A stretch of DNA of 64,000 bases from Isurus oxyrinchus (Eukaryota): positions 22,816,001 through 22,880,000 of the forward strand of contig JANJGN010000029.1 of the NCBI GenBank assembly GCA_026770705.1. Direction: 5' to 3'. Under the pieces are notes generated by a model, which did no database searches, was not told the DNA's origin, and was given only the letters and a program-made list of their open reading frames with translations. Shown piece after piece: positions 47,406 to 59,664 of the stretch; within the stretch, counting starts at the first letter, position 1; every line of letters starts with the position of its first letter. Both the position numbers and the translations under genes were made by a program.

Positions 47406-48604
47406 ACAGCCTCCCTAATCCTGAGAGCAGTTGTGCCCTTTGGTTGAGATCAGTGACGGGCTAGGAATTTGACCTCAGTATGTGCTCCAAACTCCTCCCT
47501 ACTACTCCTCCTTTAGGATATTCCTTAAATCCCACTCCAAAGTCTTGCTCAGCTGCCCTAATATCTCCTTCCTTGGCTGGGTGTCTGCACCCATGTGACA
47601 CACACCCTGCGACATTGCACTAGGCTACATAAATGCAAACTGGTATGACTTGTCTACTTGACAGGCAAACTTGCTAAGATGCTAAGGACTGTCTTGTAAG
47701 ATGTTGAAATTTTATTTTGGGAATCCCTTACTTCCCTGAGAAACAAAAGAGGCACTGTCAGACAACCTGTTATCCCTCTTGGTTTGACTTGTGCTCAACT
47801 CTGAGCAGTTGGTCAAGTTAGTATATGGAGTACCTCCTAGATTTTCCTTTGCTTCCAGTGGGCAGTTGCCTATACACTCTAACTCTATATGGTAGCATGT
47901 TAGAAACGGAGCAACCCTTGCTGCAGCTCCGCATTGTCCAACAGGGTTAAATAGCAGAAGACAGACAGCACCAGAGTCATTCCGCTGCAAGTTCTCTTAT
48001 CTCTGTTCACCCCATAGAAAGTCTCCCGACCCTATCCTTCCCCACCGTTGTTAAGGTTGGCTCATTCAGCATTGTCCAGAACTTGGAACATTAAAGTTAA
48101 CGAGCTTTTATTTTTAACAAATGGCTTTCTTCTGGTTCCATGATTCTATAAACTTAAAACTTCAGAAGTTAGCGGGCCAACCCGTGGGATTATTTGGCTG
48201 TCTCATTCTACAACATGAAAATTATATTTGTTCAATAAATGGAGAAAATGCTGGAAACACTCGAGGATCAGGCAGCATCTGAGAGCAAAAGCAAGTCAAT
48301 GTTTCAGTTGTGGATCCTTCGGTAGAACTGCATGTGCAGGATGAGGATCTATTTGTACAAAATTTTGAAGCTTCTCTAGTAATGAGCAGCTCTAATTAGG
48401 GAGGGTTTATCCAAAAGGTAATTAATCATTGATTGATGAGCAGTTCCATTGTTGGTGCCTTATCTGCTTTTATAATGACGCATGGTTACTAAGCTACAGA
48501 CTGAGGAGTATTAGAACATAATCAGGAGCTTTGTTCAGCCACAAATCCGATTTATTTTGTAGGGCTTTCTAGACAGCAGAGGCTGCAGTCACTCCTGTCG
48601 TGTC

Positions 48605-50062
48605 TTAGACCATAAGACATAGGAGCAGAAATTAGGCCATTCGGCCCATCGAGTCTGCTCCGCCATTCAATCATGGTTGATAAGTTTCTCAACCCCATTC
48701 TCCCACCTTCTCCCCATAACCTTCGATCCCCTTACCAATCAAAAACCTATCTATCTCGGTCTTAAATACACTCAATGACCTGGTCTCCACAGCCTTCTGT
48801 GGCAATGAATTCCATAGATTCACCACTGTCTGGCTAAAGAAGGTTCTCCTCATCTCTGTTCTGAAAGGTCTTCCCTTTACTCTGAGGCTGTGCCTTCGGG
48901 TCTTAGTCTCTCCTACTAATGGAAACATCTTCCCCACGTCCACTCTATCCAGGCCTTTCAGTATTCTGTAAGTTTCAATCAGATCCCCCCTCATCCTTCT
49001 AAACTGCATCAAGTATAGACCCAGAGACCTGGGATCATTCTCGTGAACCTCCTCTGGACCCTCTCCAGGGCCAGCGCATCCTTCCTGAGATACGGGGCCC
49101 AAAATTGCTCGCAATATTCTAAATGTGGTCTGACCAGAGCCTTATAAAGCCTCAGCAGCATATCCCTGCTTTTATATTCTAGTCCTCTTGAAATAAATGC
49201 CAACATTGCATTTGCCTTCCTAACTACCGACTCAACCTGCAAGTTAACCTTAAGAGAATCCTGGGCTAGGACTCCCAAGTCCCTTTGCACCCCAGATTTC
49301 TGAATTCTCTCCCCATTTAGAAAATAGTCTATACCTCTATTCTTCCTACCAAAGTGCATGACGTCACACTTCCCCATGTTGTATTCCATCTGCCATTTCT
49401 TTGCCCATTCTCCTATCCCATCCAAATCCTTCTGCAGCCTCTCTGCCTCTTCAATACTGCCTGTCCCTCTTTGTATCATCTGCAAACTTAGCCAGAATGC
49501 CCTCAGTTCCTTCATCTAGATCATTAATGTATAAAGTGAAAAGTTGTCGTCCCAACACTGACCCCTGCAGAACTCCACTAGTCACCGGCCACCATCCTGA
49601 GAAGGACCCCCTTATCCCCACTCTCTGCTTCCTGCCAGACAGCTAATCTTCTAATCATGCTAGTACCTTGTCTCTAACACCATGGGCTCTTAACTTACTG
49701 AGCAGCCTCCTGTGTGGCACCTTGTCAAAGGCCTTCTGGAAATCCAAGTAGACAACATCCATTGGCTCTCCTTTGTCTAACCTGCTCGTTACCTCCTCAA
49801 AGAATTCTAACAGATTTGTCAGGCATGACCTCCCCTTGATGAAACCTTGCTGACTTTGCCCAATTTTACCATGCACTTCCAAGTATTCTGAAATCTCATC
49901 CTTAATAATGGACTCTAAAATCATACCAACAACCAAGGTCAGGCTAATCGGCCTGTAATTTCCTGTCTTTTGCCTCTCTCCCTTAAACAGGAGGGTTACA
50001 TTAGCGATTTTCCAGTCCTCTGGGATCCTCCCTGACTCCAGTAATTCCTGTAAGATCACCAT
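48605..50062 (-). mobile_element. CR1 LINE, 5'-truncated with internal deletions, RT domain disrupted
   Basis: ORFs 49655..50062 (PEDWKIANVT...NYRPISLT...YLDFQKAFDKVPH), 49009..49515 and 48689..49114. Also KFADD-type motif and (CATAAGA)n tail. Confidence 0.95.
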
Positions 50063-50304
50063 TCATTTTGAGAAGTGGAAGACGGGCATGGAGGTGTAGC
50101 ACCCAGAGTTATTAAAGTGCAGTTTCATTTTCATTATTGTCGCCTGGGTGGTCATCTAGCAGAGTCAACAGTCTGCTAAAGCCATAAATTGGTTTCATCC
50201 CATTGATTTCTTTGCTACACATGCTACTGCAGAGATTAGTTGGGGCAAATCACATCGATGCATTTATGAGCAAGTTAGATAAATGCTCTCAAAGAAGTAG
50301 ATAG

Positions 50305-50640
50305 AAGCTTCTTGAGTGTTGCTGGAGCTGCACTCATCCAGGCAAGTGGAGAGTATTCCATCACACTCCTGACTTGCGCCTTGCAGATGGTGGGCAGACT
50401 TTGTGGAGTCAGGAGGTGAGTTACTTGCCGGAAGAGTCCTAGCTTCTGACCTGCTCTTGTAGCCACAGTATTTATATGGCTACTCCAGTTCAGTTTCTGG
50501 TCAATGGTAACCCCCAGGATGTTGATAGTGGGGAATTCAGCAATGGTAATGCTGTTGAATGTCAAAGGATGAAGGTTAGATTCTCTCATTGGAAAAGGTC
50601 ACTGCCTGGCACTTTGTGTGGTGTAAATGTTACTTGACCC
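50305..50640 (-). mobile_element. LINE family B RT fragment
   Basis: ORF 50275..50589 (ILGVTIDQKLNWSSHI...KAQVRSVMEYSPLAW). Confidence 0.85.
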
Positions 50641-51404
50641 AGCAACAATGAACGAACCTGACAACATTAATGCATGGAGTGAAAAAAGGTATCACCTGCA
50701 CTGCAAATTGTGGCTGCTACTTAAAGTTGGATCCTTGGAGTGTTAAAACTGTGAAAGATGCTTCCTTTCCTGCCATTCTCAACAAGTTGCATTTGAACAA
50801 ACATATCTTTTGAATGAAGACTGATTTACACCAGAAACCATTGCTAATGCAATTTTGTTTCCTGGTAACGCAAATGCTTAAGGCCTATTTTCTCCTCCTT
50901 TCAGTAGTGAAAGGAACATGACACTAGATACATGGACACCATTTTACTAATGGAACACAAATCCACAAATGTTCGCAAGGAAACTATTTCTAAAGGGGCA
51001 ATTTTCAAATCTTTTCAGCAATAATGCAGCACTACTTGTTACTATGTTTTGCATCATACTCAAAAGTTGACATCTCCACAACCCCTCACCCCCAAAATTT
51101 GTTAAAAGACCTGGATACCATGGACTTGCATTCAGGACTACTCCTGTTTTTTGTTGATTTGCAATCTAAAATGTTGAACCTCTTTCCCAAATATGTCCCA
51201 CCTGATGAAGATTGAAGGATCTGTTGATCCTTAAGCACCATCGCACCCCTGCTTTTTAAATCAGAATTCTTATTTTTTTTCTTAGAAATAAAGACTTACA
51301 TTTAGAGTGCCTTCCATGAGCTCCATGCATCCAAAAGCACTTTACGGCTAACCAAGTACTTTATGATGTGTGGTCACTGTTTGAGATCTTGCTGTGTGCA
51401 AATT

Positions 51405-51775
51405 CTTTTTATATTCGTTCATGGGATATGGGTGTCATTGGCTGGGCCATCATTTATTGCCCATCCCTAATTGCCCTTGAGAACTGAGTGGCTTGCTAGG
51501 CCATTTTAAAGGGAATTTAAGAGTCAACCACTTGCTGTGGGTCTGGAGTCACATGTAAGCCAGACCAGTTAAGGAAAGCAAATTTCATTCTCGAAAGGAC
51601 ATTCATTAGTGAACCAGATGGGTTTCTACAAGAATCGACAATGGTTTCATGGTAATTGTTAGGCATTTAATTCCAGTTTTTTATTATTATTGAATACAAA
51701 TTTTACCATCTGCTGGGAATCCAGGTCCCCAGAGCATTACCCTAGGCATATGGAGTACCAGTGACAATACCACTG
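51405..51775 (-). mobile_element. SINE family A, near full length
   Basis: Minus strand runs gtggtattgtcactgg...ccatctggttcactaatg...caagggcaattagggatgggcaataaatg...cccatgaacgaatataaaaa. Confidence 0.8.
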
Positions 51776-51879
51776 TTTTTTCTACATTACAGTGAAGGAA
51801 CGGTGCACAGTATCCAGTACACTGGACTTCCCGTGACTTGCTGACAACAACAAGGAATAGTGTGTCTCATAGACACCCA

Positions 51880-52450
51880 CAGTATTGTGGCCAGAAACTT
51901 AATTGGATTAGCCTTGTAAATACTGTGGCCACAACAGTAGGTCAGAGGCTGGGAACTCTGCAGTGAATAACTCACCTGACTCCTAAATCCTTTCCACTAT
52001 TTACAAGGTGCAAGTTAACAGTGTGATGGAATACTCTCCACTTGCTTGGATGAGTACAGCTCCAACAATACTCTAAGCTTGGCACTATCTAGCTTAAAGC
52101 AGCCCACTTGCTTAGCACGTACCCTTCAACTACCTCACATACCTGCGTGAGTTAGAAATACATTGTGATTGATTTAAGTTGCTAAGTCAAAATCCTGGCA
52201 CTTTTCACTAACAGCACTTTTTTTTGTAGTTTGTTTAAGTAAGTAAGCAATTTAGATTTCTTTGCATAGCCGTGCAGTAACTTGCGAAACTTCAAGGGAA
52301 CAACTGGTGCATGAGTCATGCATCTTAGAGGGAATATGGCTGAGAGTGTACAAATTGTGGCAGTTCAAGAAAGCAGCTCCCCACCACCTTCTTGAGGGTA
52401 ATTTGAGATGGGCCTTACCCACACCCCATGAACAAATAAGAAATAAAACT
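51880..52450 (+). mobile_element. LINE family B fragments
   Basis: gtgtgatggaatactctccacttgcttggatgagt and the tail gcagttcaagaaagcagctccccaccaccttc. Confidence 0.7.
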
Positions 52451-53075
52451 ATTATGTTAATTTAGATCATGTTTTAATTTAGATCCGGTCTTCTTTGAAT
52501 TAAACTTTGTTTAAATCAGTTTTACTTCAGGTACTTGGAATGTTTATTTTCCTGACACTGGACCAACCTGCTGTCAGCTTTATTTGATTTATATAAAATA
52601 AATGACAAAACCCTCTGATCACATTTTACTATTGGTACAGCACAGTGTACTGCTAAACCATATAGACCAAAAGGTGCTTTGACCTCTGATCTGTTCCATC
52701 AGATGAGCTAAACTGAGGCAGTAATTGGGGAGTTATAATTAGATTCAGCGCCACTAAGCAAGAAATAATCAGTCAGGGTTACGAACTACTATCCACTGAC
52801 CCTGTTGGGTAAGGATAGGTTTGAAGCAGCTTTATTGCCTCTACACATGACAATCATTGTCTGAGCTCATACTTGAACAGTAAAAGTAAAAGACTTGAGT
52901 TTATCGAGCACCTTTCACAACCTCAGGATATCCCAAAGCACTTTTAGAGCCAATTAAGTACTTTTGAAGTGGAGTCACTCACTCTTGTAGCGTGGGCAGC
53001 CAATTTGTGCAACATAAGTGCCTCCAGTGGATGTCTGGTGATACCCCCAGAATGAACTCAGCATTAGTAGTTAAT

Positions 53076-53081
53076 TTTATT
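53076..53081 (-). terminator. Candidate poly(A) signal of the RDH8-like gene
   Basis: AATAAA on the minus strand about 105 nt after the stop. Others lie near 52545-52585. Confidence 0.4.
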
Positions 53082-53185
53082 GTTAACCTCTATTCCTCTG
53101 AATAAGGGAAACTAAGAACTTTTGTCACAAATGTCTGAATTAGACAGTGCAGTGCGAATGCACAAACATTCGAGTTGCGTTGCAA

Positions 53186-53413
53186 TCAACACTGTTTTCC
53201 TCCTGGATTGTTTCTGCTTCTCCAACGTAGCAATTTGATAAGGTTAAGACTTGTATTAAAAATTCTGCCATGTTCGAAGACCATCTTGTAGAAAGTGTCA
53301 ACGTGCGTATTCCCAGTTGGATCGGCAAACTTCAATGTCGTGAGTGGAGTGTACAGATTGTTGGTCTGGTAACGGAATGGAGGGTTTTTGGAGGTAATCA
53401 CCTTCACTGTGTG
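53186..53413 (-). CDS. RDH8: RDH8-like SDR exon 6 (HTVKVITSKNPPFRYQTNNLYTPLTTLKFADPTG...LLRWRSRNNPGGKQC*)
   Basis: ttgttaacag acceptor, phase 0, 228 nt. PP.R.QTN..Y.PLTTLK..D..G is the RDH8-family C-terminus. Confidence 0.9.
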   Translation of the reverse strand, partial: HTVKVITSKNPPFRYQTNNLYTPLTTLKFADPTGNTHVDTFYKMVFEHGRIFNTSLNLIKLLRWRSRNNPGGKQC

Positions 53414-53835
53414 CTGTTAACAAAATCAGAAGTTCATAAGTCAAGATTTGCATCATTCATAAGGACAGCACTAACTTGCCTGTCCCCACTGCCCCCCACC
53501 ATCCTGCCAACACCCTGTCCTCTCCCCCCACTCACTACTCCACACAACTTTACAAACCCAATCTACCTAATCCAAAAGCATCAATGGTTGGCTCAAGTGA
53601 ATGTGTTTTAATTGATGCACGAAGTAACTACTTCGTGGATTCTGAGCAAGACTAGATCAGCAGAGAAAGTATCTGAACAGAAGAAGCCTACAAGCAAATA
53701 TCTAAAAGTCTAGCCCAAATCTCTGAATTTTCAGTGCTTTCATGTGATAGCTACTCTAATCCTAGGGGCATTTTTTTGTTCATATTTATTTTGTCAATTT
53801 TCTCCACTTTCCTCTTGTACACTCTCCAATGAGAC

Positions 53836-54371
53836 TTGTCCACCATCTACAAGGCACAAGTCAGGAGTGTGATGGAATATTCCGCACATGCCTGGATGAG
53901 TGCAGCTCTCACAACACTCAAGAAGCTTGACACCGTCCAAGACAAAGCAGCCTGTTTGATTGACACCACATGCACAAACATTCACTCCCTCCACCACCGA
54001 TGCACAATAGCAACAGTGTGTGCCATCTACAAGATGCATTGCAGGAATTCACCAAGGCTCCTTCGACAGCACCTTCCAAACCTATGACACTACCATCTAG
54101 AAGGACAAGGGCAGCAGACACATGGGAACACCGCCACCTGGAGGTTCCCCTCCAAGTCACTCACCATCCTGACTTGGAAATATATTGTTGTTCCTTCACT
54201 GTTGCTGGGTCAAAATCCTGGAACTCCCTAACAGCACTGTGGGTGTACCTACACCACATGGACTGCAGCGGTTCAAGAAGGCAGCTCACCACCACCTCAA
54301 GGGCAATTAGAGATGAGCAATAAATGCTGGCCAAGCCTGCGAAGCCCACTCCCGTAAATGAATAAAAAAAA
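53836..54371 (+). mobile_element. LINE family B (CR1/L2 group) 3' end with poly(A)
   Basis: STIYKAQVRSVMEYSAHAWMSAALTTLKKLDTVQDKAACLI, ending gggcaattagagatgagcaataaatgctggcc...atgaataaaaaaaa. Confidence 0.88.
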
Positions 54372-54562
54372 GTGCTGTCAGACTCCTCACCAAGCGAGGG
54401 TAGATTACAGATGAACAATTTTTTTCTCATACAATATCTATATCCATTTTCTGGGAAGACGAGAATAAGACACCGACTGCTGAGACTTTTGATTATCCGC
54501 TGGCTTTGAAACAGATATATCTAATTCATTATTTAATTAAGGGTATGTAATGGCTAGCAAAC

Positions 54563-54844
54563 ATCAAAATGGATAAAAACAAAAAACTGCGGATGCTGAA
54601 AATCCAAAACAAAAACAGAATTACCTGGAAAAACTCAGCAGGTCTGGCAGCATCGGCGGAGAAGAAAAGAGTTGACGTTTCGAGTTCTCATGACCATTCG
54701 ACAGAACTAGGTGAATCCCCTAGTTCCGCCTAGTTCTGTCGAAAGGTCATGAGGACTCGAAACGTCAACTCTGTTCTTCTCCACCGATGCTGCCAGACCT
54801 GCTGAGTTTTTCCAGGTAATTCTGTTGTTGATCAAAATGGATAA
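54563..54844. mobile_element. Second fold-back Penelope-derived mini-element with 14-bp TSD
   Basis: Nearly identical to the element at 36441-36714 in the opposite orientation. TSD atcaaaatggataa at 54563-54576 and 54831-54844. Confidence 0.85.
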
Positions 54845-54869
54845 CCTTGTTCATTTTTATAAGAAGAAT

Positions 54870-55410
54870 AACAAAGAGACTGTAACTAGGGCCATAAACA
54901 TAAATTAGTCACTTCCTCAGGAGAAACTTCTTTATCTAGAGAGTATTGAGAATGTGGAACTCACTATCACAGGAGTAGTTGAAGCAAATAGCATAGTTGG
55001 GAAGCTAGATAAACATATGAGGGAGATAAGAATTGAAGGACACATTGATGGGGTTAGATCATGAAAGGTGAGAGGAACATAAACACCAGCATGGATCCAT
55101 TTTGGCAGAAGGTCCTGTTTCTATGCTGTAAATACTGTGTAATACTTTGTAAGATAATTGGAAAAAGGACCAAAGAGGGAGAAGTGAATTATTTTATGTA
55201 GTGAATTGCTGTGATCTGTAATACGCTGCCTGAATGGGTGATTAAATAGATTCAAAAGTAACTTTCAAAAGGGAATTGGATAAATGCTTGAAGGGGAGAA
55301 AAATTTGCCGAGCTACTGGGAAAGAGCAGGGGAGTGGGTCTAATTACATAACCTTAAAGAGTTGGCATGGGTATGACGGGCTGAAAGTTTCCTCTGCTGT
55401 AACATATGAC
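54870..55410 (+). mobile_element. Two adjacent CR1 3' fragments
   Basis: aactagggccataaac...gagaatgtggaactc and gctgcctgaatgggtg...gggaattggataaatgcttgaaggg. Confidence 0.7.
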
Positions 55411-55538
55411 TGTAAATAACAGTGATTAAAAGCCAATTTTCTCAGGACAATAAAATTTCAAAATATATAACATTTGTAAAATATCGACTATCAATTTCAA
55501 ATACAATTGTTTGAGGGCACAACTTATTTCAAAAATAC

Positions 55539-55722
55539 CTCAGCCACGTCTTCTGCTGTTTGTCCAAGAGCATGAAAGACCTTTTTTGAATAAGGAAGGT
55601 ACAGTTGCTGAAACATTTTTGCAGTTTCTTCATCCGTACTGGAGAGGTCCATTTTAGCAGCGTCCTCATATAGTTTACTTTCAAACTCAGTGAAGACTGG
55701 TCCTGGTTCAATGAGACTTATG
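55539..55722 (-). CDS. RDH8: RDH8-like exon 5 (ISLIEPGPVFTEFESKLYEDAAK...LGQTAEDVAE)
   Basis: EPGPV.TEF motif, ccctgtag acceptor, GAG|gtattt donor, 184 nt. Confidence 0.93.
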
Positions 55723-56328
55723 CTACAGGGGACATACACACCGAGAATAGTTATTCAGAATAACCATCTGATAATGAATAATGCAAGGATATGTCAACAG
55801 AAATAATATTTAAGAAGATACAAAATATCTTGCATCATCAGAATAGCTTTAGAACTCACTTTGTACAATACTTGAAACCATTTTGTCTTGAAATGGCTTG
55901 ACTTCTAAACGACTTCTTTAAGGACTACCAACCGCTACAATACTTAGATAACTCCAAGATTTTCTATTTTATAACTGCAAGTTTATTAACTTAATTAAAT
56001 AGGAACCAGTAGGTCAATTATTGGGGCTCCCCTGATGGCTCAGTACGTAAATATACTACGCTGCATTTTGTGGTACTGAATTATATAGGCCAGCAAGTTT
56101 CTGGTAAAATTCCTGGGCTATTCTGAGTGAGTTAATCTATACCAAGAGGTACAAGGTACAGTACTACTGCAGTTCAGCTTAGTGTTGCGTAGCTAGGGAG
56201 GTGGAGAAAGAAGTATCATTGAGACCTTGGACACATCACATGAAAATGAACCCTGAATCTTGTAAAAAATGTCTGATTCGATCTTTTTTTTTCTCTTGAT
56301 GATTAAGAAAAATCTTCAAGGCTCTTAC

Positions 56329-56422
56329 TTTATATTGAATTTTAAAGCTTGAATCGCCAAACTTTCGCAGAAACCCTCAACAGCAAATTTTGATGCTGAG
56401 TAGACATCATTGAATAGAAGAC
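56329..56422 (-). CDS. RDH8: RDH8-like exon 4 ([31 protein letters not shown]; catalytic YxxxK)
   Basis: YSASK motif, 94 nt, phases 1/2. Confidence 0.95.
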
Positions 56423-56570
56423 CTAGAAATATGAAGAAGAAAATGATTTTTTTTTTCCCCAGCCAAATAAAGCCAAAGTTTAAGTTTGATAACAAAATGA
56501 TTCAACATTCAACACTGCAGTTACATTAATTGTTCATAAGCTGATGGAACTTCTAAAAGCATCAACTTAC

Positions 56571-56750
56571 CATGGATTCCCATAACACTGCTTGTGACAA
56601 CAATGTGCCCGTTTTGTCGACTTTTCATGTCAGGTAGAATTTCTTTCACCAAGCGAGCCAGGCCGAAGAAGTTTGTGTCAAACACTGTTTTCATGGTATC
56701 TAAGCTTTGGCACTCTACTGGTCCAATGAGCCCCATTCCAGCATTATTTA
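56571..56750 (-). CDS. RDH8: RDH8-like exon 3 (VNNAGMGLIGPVECQSLDTMKTVFDTNFFGLARLVKEILPDMKSRQNGHIVVTSSVMGIH)
   Basis: NNAG motif and catalytic Ser, 180 nt, phases 1/1. Confidence 0.95.
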
Positions 56751-57339
56751 CTAAAACAAGCAGAAAAATGAAATACAAAGTACTGCTTTTGCTATACAAG
56801 CTGTTTTCACTAGAAATGATAAACAGGAGAGTACAGTTTTTTTTTGCTGAGGAACCAAGCTGAAGTGTCATATCCCAAAGTGCAGGACATATTGAGAATT
56901 AAAAGACCAAAGGAATCAACAAATGGTGGTCAATGCTTGTTTATGATATACTCAAACATCTTGCATTATACAGTCCCACATCTGCTTTTATAGTGGAAAC
57001 TGCCTAGGTAAACTTGTCACACCCTAAATACACATCCCTATGAGTGGAGGTGCAATAGTGCTACTACTGGTTGGAGGGTGTAATGTCTTGTAGGGAAACT
57101 TTTGCAAAGCTATGGGAAAGAGCAGGGGAGTAGGACAAATTAGATAGCTCTTCAAAGAACCTGCACAGGCATGATTCTTCTGTGCTGGATCATCCTATGA
57201 TCCTTTATGAAAAAGCCCCGCTTTGAAAAATTGCACACCTCTACTGCCTTCTACAATAACAGTGTTGGTATCAGAAACTTTCTGAGGCAAATTCTGAGTC
57301 CCAACTTGCTTTGTCCCACTCTGAGAATAAGGTGTAAAA

Positions 57340-57516
57340 TGGGTTTAGGGTTAGAATTGTGTCCAAGAGCTTGAAGTAGATTTAGGACTAAGATTAGATT
57401 TAGGAATTGGATATGGAGTTGGCTTTAGGATTAGGATAAATTGTTTGGGCTTGGGATCTGGTTATAGTTGGCTTAGGGCTTCAGGTTTGGAATTAGTGTT
57501 GGACTTGGGGTTAAGG
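57340..57516 (+). repeat. Degenerate 6-bp-period TTAGGG-like repeat
   Basis: tttagggttaga...tttaggactaagattagatttagga...cttagggcttcaggtttgg...ggggttaagg. Confidence 0.65.
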
Positions 57517-57618
57517 CCAATTAGTTCAAGGGTACCTTGATTTCATTAAAATAAGTATTTATTTCAATGAGGAAACTCTTCAGATGAATTCACTTCAGTT
57601 TGTTTTTATAAATTTTAC

Positions 57619-57780
57619 CTAATATGTCCACCTTTCGTTCTGGAATACTGTTCACACATTTGCATATTGAATCTTCACTGCAAACATCAAGTTCTTTAAT
57701 TTCCAGTGTGTCATTCAATGTATTGCCCGCTGCATCTTCCAGTCTTTTCTTCTTGTCTAAATCTCGCATGGTTGCGACAA
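57619..57780 (-). CDS. RDH8: RDH8-like exon 2 (VVATMRDLDKKKRLEDAAGNTLNDTLEIKELDVCSEDSICKCVNSIPERKVDIL)
   Basis: ATMRD and LDVCS motifs, 162 nt, phases 1/1. Confidence 0.95.
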
Positions 57781-58027
57781 CTGCAATAAGACAAAGATAG
57801 ACTGCGGCAGATGATTTACGATAAGTACATAAAGGAAGTTCAAGCCATATCCATTACAAGATAGGTTTAGATGAAGTTCCTTTAGCCCATTTCTTCTCAT
57901 CCTTCCTGAAATAGCAAGCTAATCCATGTCAAGTTCTAGTTATTTGTTAGCTAAGTCAATTTCTTGTGCAATCACCTTTCTTAGTAAGTCAATCCAAGTA
58001 ATCACTCAATGAAAGCAGCTTTGTTTA

Positions 58028-58425
58028 GAAAAGAAAGAAAAACTTGGATTTATATAGGGTCTTTCATGACCTCAGAATGTCCCAAAGCACCTTACAGTGG
58101 ATGAAGTACTTCTGAAGCGTAGTTACTGTTGTGGAAATGTGGTAGCCAATTCATGCATAACAAGTTCCCACAAACAGCAATGGCTAGATAATCTGTTTTA
58201 ATGATGTTAATTGGTGAAGGATACCAGGATAACTCTCCTGCTCTTCAAAATATGTGTCAAGGGATTTTTTTTATATCCACCTGAGGAGGGCAGACAGGGT
58301 CTCAGTTCAATACCTCACCTAAAAAGTGGCATCGCCAACAGTGCAGCACTCCCTCAGCATCTAGAGTGAGGCTTGAACCCACAACCTTATGACTCAGAAG
58401 CAACAGTGCCACCCACTGAGCCAGA
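58028..58425 (-). mobile_element. DeuSINE copy
   Basis: From the tail aaagaaagaaaaacttggatttatatagg to the head gtgccacccactgagcca. Confidence 0.8.
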
Positions 58426-59099
58426 GTTAGCACAATCACTGGGCATTTGAAAGTATCAAACGTAAGACATTTCAGACATATGACAGCCCCCCTAATTCCA
58501 AGACATTTTATGATGTTGCATGGAATGGAAATGCAGCACACATAAAGGACCAGTAGGTAACTTGTTCCCAGCATTCTGTCAATGCTGCTACAATGGTCAT
58601 TTATGAGCTGCGTGGAAAAAGTATTGTGGTGACTCCTTCATTCTATTTACTGCCTCTCCCTACAGAGAAGGTGATGGCCTCCCATACAACAGTTAAAATC
58701 AGTAATTCATTAAAGAGAACCATGAGTTCAGACATGCTTCCTGCCACCCTAGGAAAATGTGTGAAACATATTACCTCATTATTAAAATTAGCAGTATATA
58801 GGCGGGTAAGAGTGAATGGATTAATTTATGGTTTCATTCGCCTTGCTACATTTCTCCTCCTCATCAATAATCACTTTTTAAAACCTGTCTCTGATCATTC
58901 TTGCAGCAAGGTCCCCAACCTTTAACCCCAACTTTGTTCTTTCACCAATTTGTAAAGTGTCTTTCAATGCTTACTGCATACAGACACAATTTAAGTGTCA
59001 GTTGTAAAGAAATTATACTCATTAATAATAGCTTGTGTCTTGCACAACCCTCAAAGCAAGTCCTTTCATCATGACTGGTCTATTTGAACGGGTAAGTCG

Positions 59100-59565
59100 T
59101 AGAGTCTCAGAAATTTACAGCATGGAAGGAAGCTGTTTGGCCCATCGTGTTCATGCTGCCTGACAAGGAACTGTCCAGTCTAACTGCACTTTCCAGCTCT
59201 TGGTCCATAGTGTTGTAGGCTACAGTACTTCAAGTGCATATCCAAGTACTTTTGGTGGGATTTCTGCCTCTACCACCTTTCAGACTGTGAGTTCCAGATC
59301 CAAACACACTCAGGTAAAAATGTTTCCCCTCAGATACCCTCTAAACCTCCAGCTTCCGGCCCTAAATCTATGCCACCGGTTATGGACCCTTCAATCAAGG
59401 AGTGTAGAGGCAGAAATCCTCATCACATTTAAAAAGAGATGTCAAAATCTACAGGCTATGTTCCAAGAGATGGAAAGTGGGATTAACTTGATAGCTCCTT
59501 TTCAGCCAGCACAGACACGATGGCAACAATGACTTCCTTCTTTGCTGTAATTTTTCCATGTTTCT
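59100..59565. mobile_element. Two CR1 3' fragments in opposite orientation
   Basis: Minus-strand tail 59100-59390 and plus-strand tail 59400-59565. Confidence 0.6.
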
Positions 59566-59664
59566 ATTACATTTGCACATCATAACCTGCAGCCCACGTG
59601 ACTGTTAAAAAACTTGCATCAATATTAACACTTATACAGAATGCAATTTAAACTGTCATCTTAC

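Noticed and set aside
48605-50062. Active CR1 element
   Set aside because: It is 5'-truncated, with frameshifts and internal deletions. The copy at 62285-63596 also has stops.
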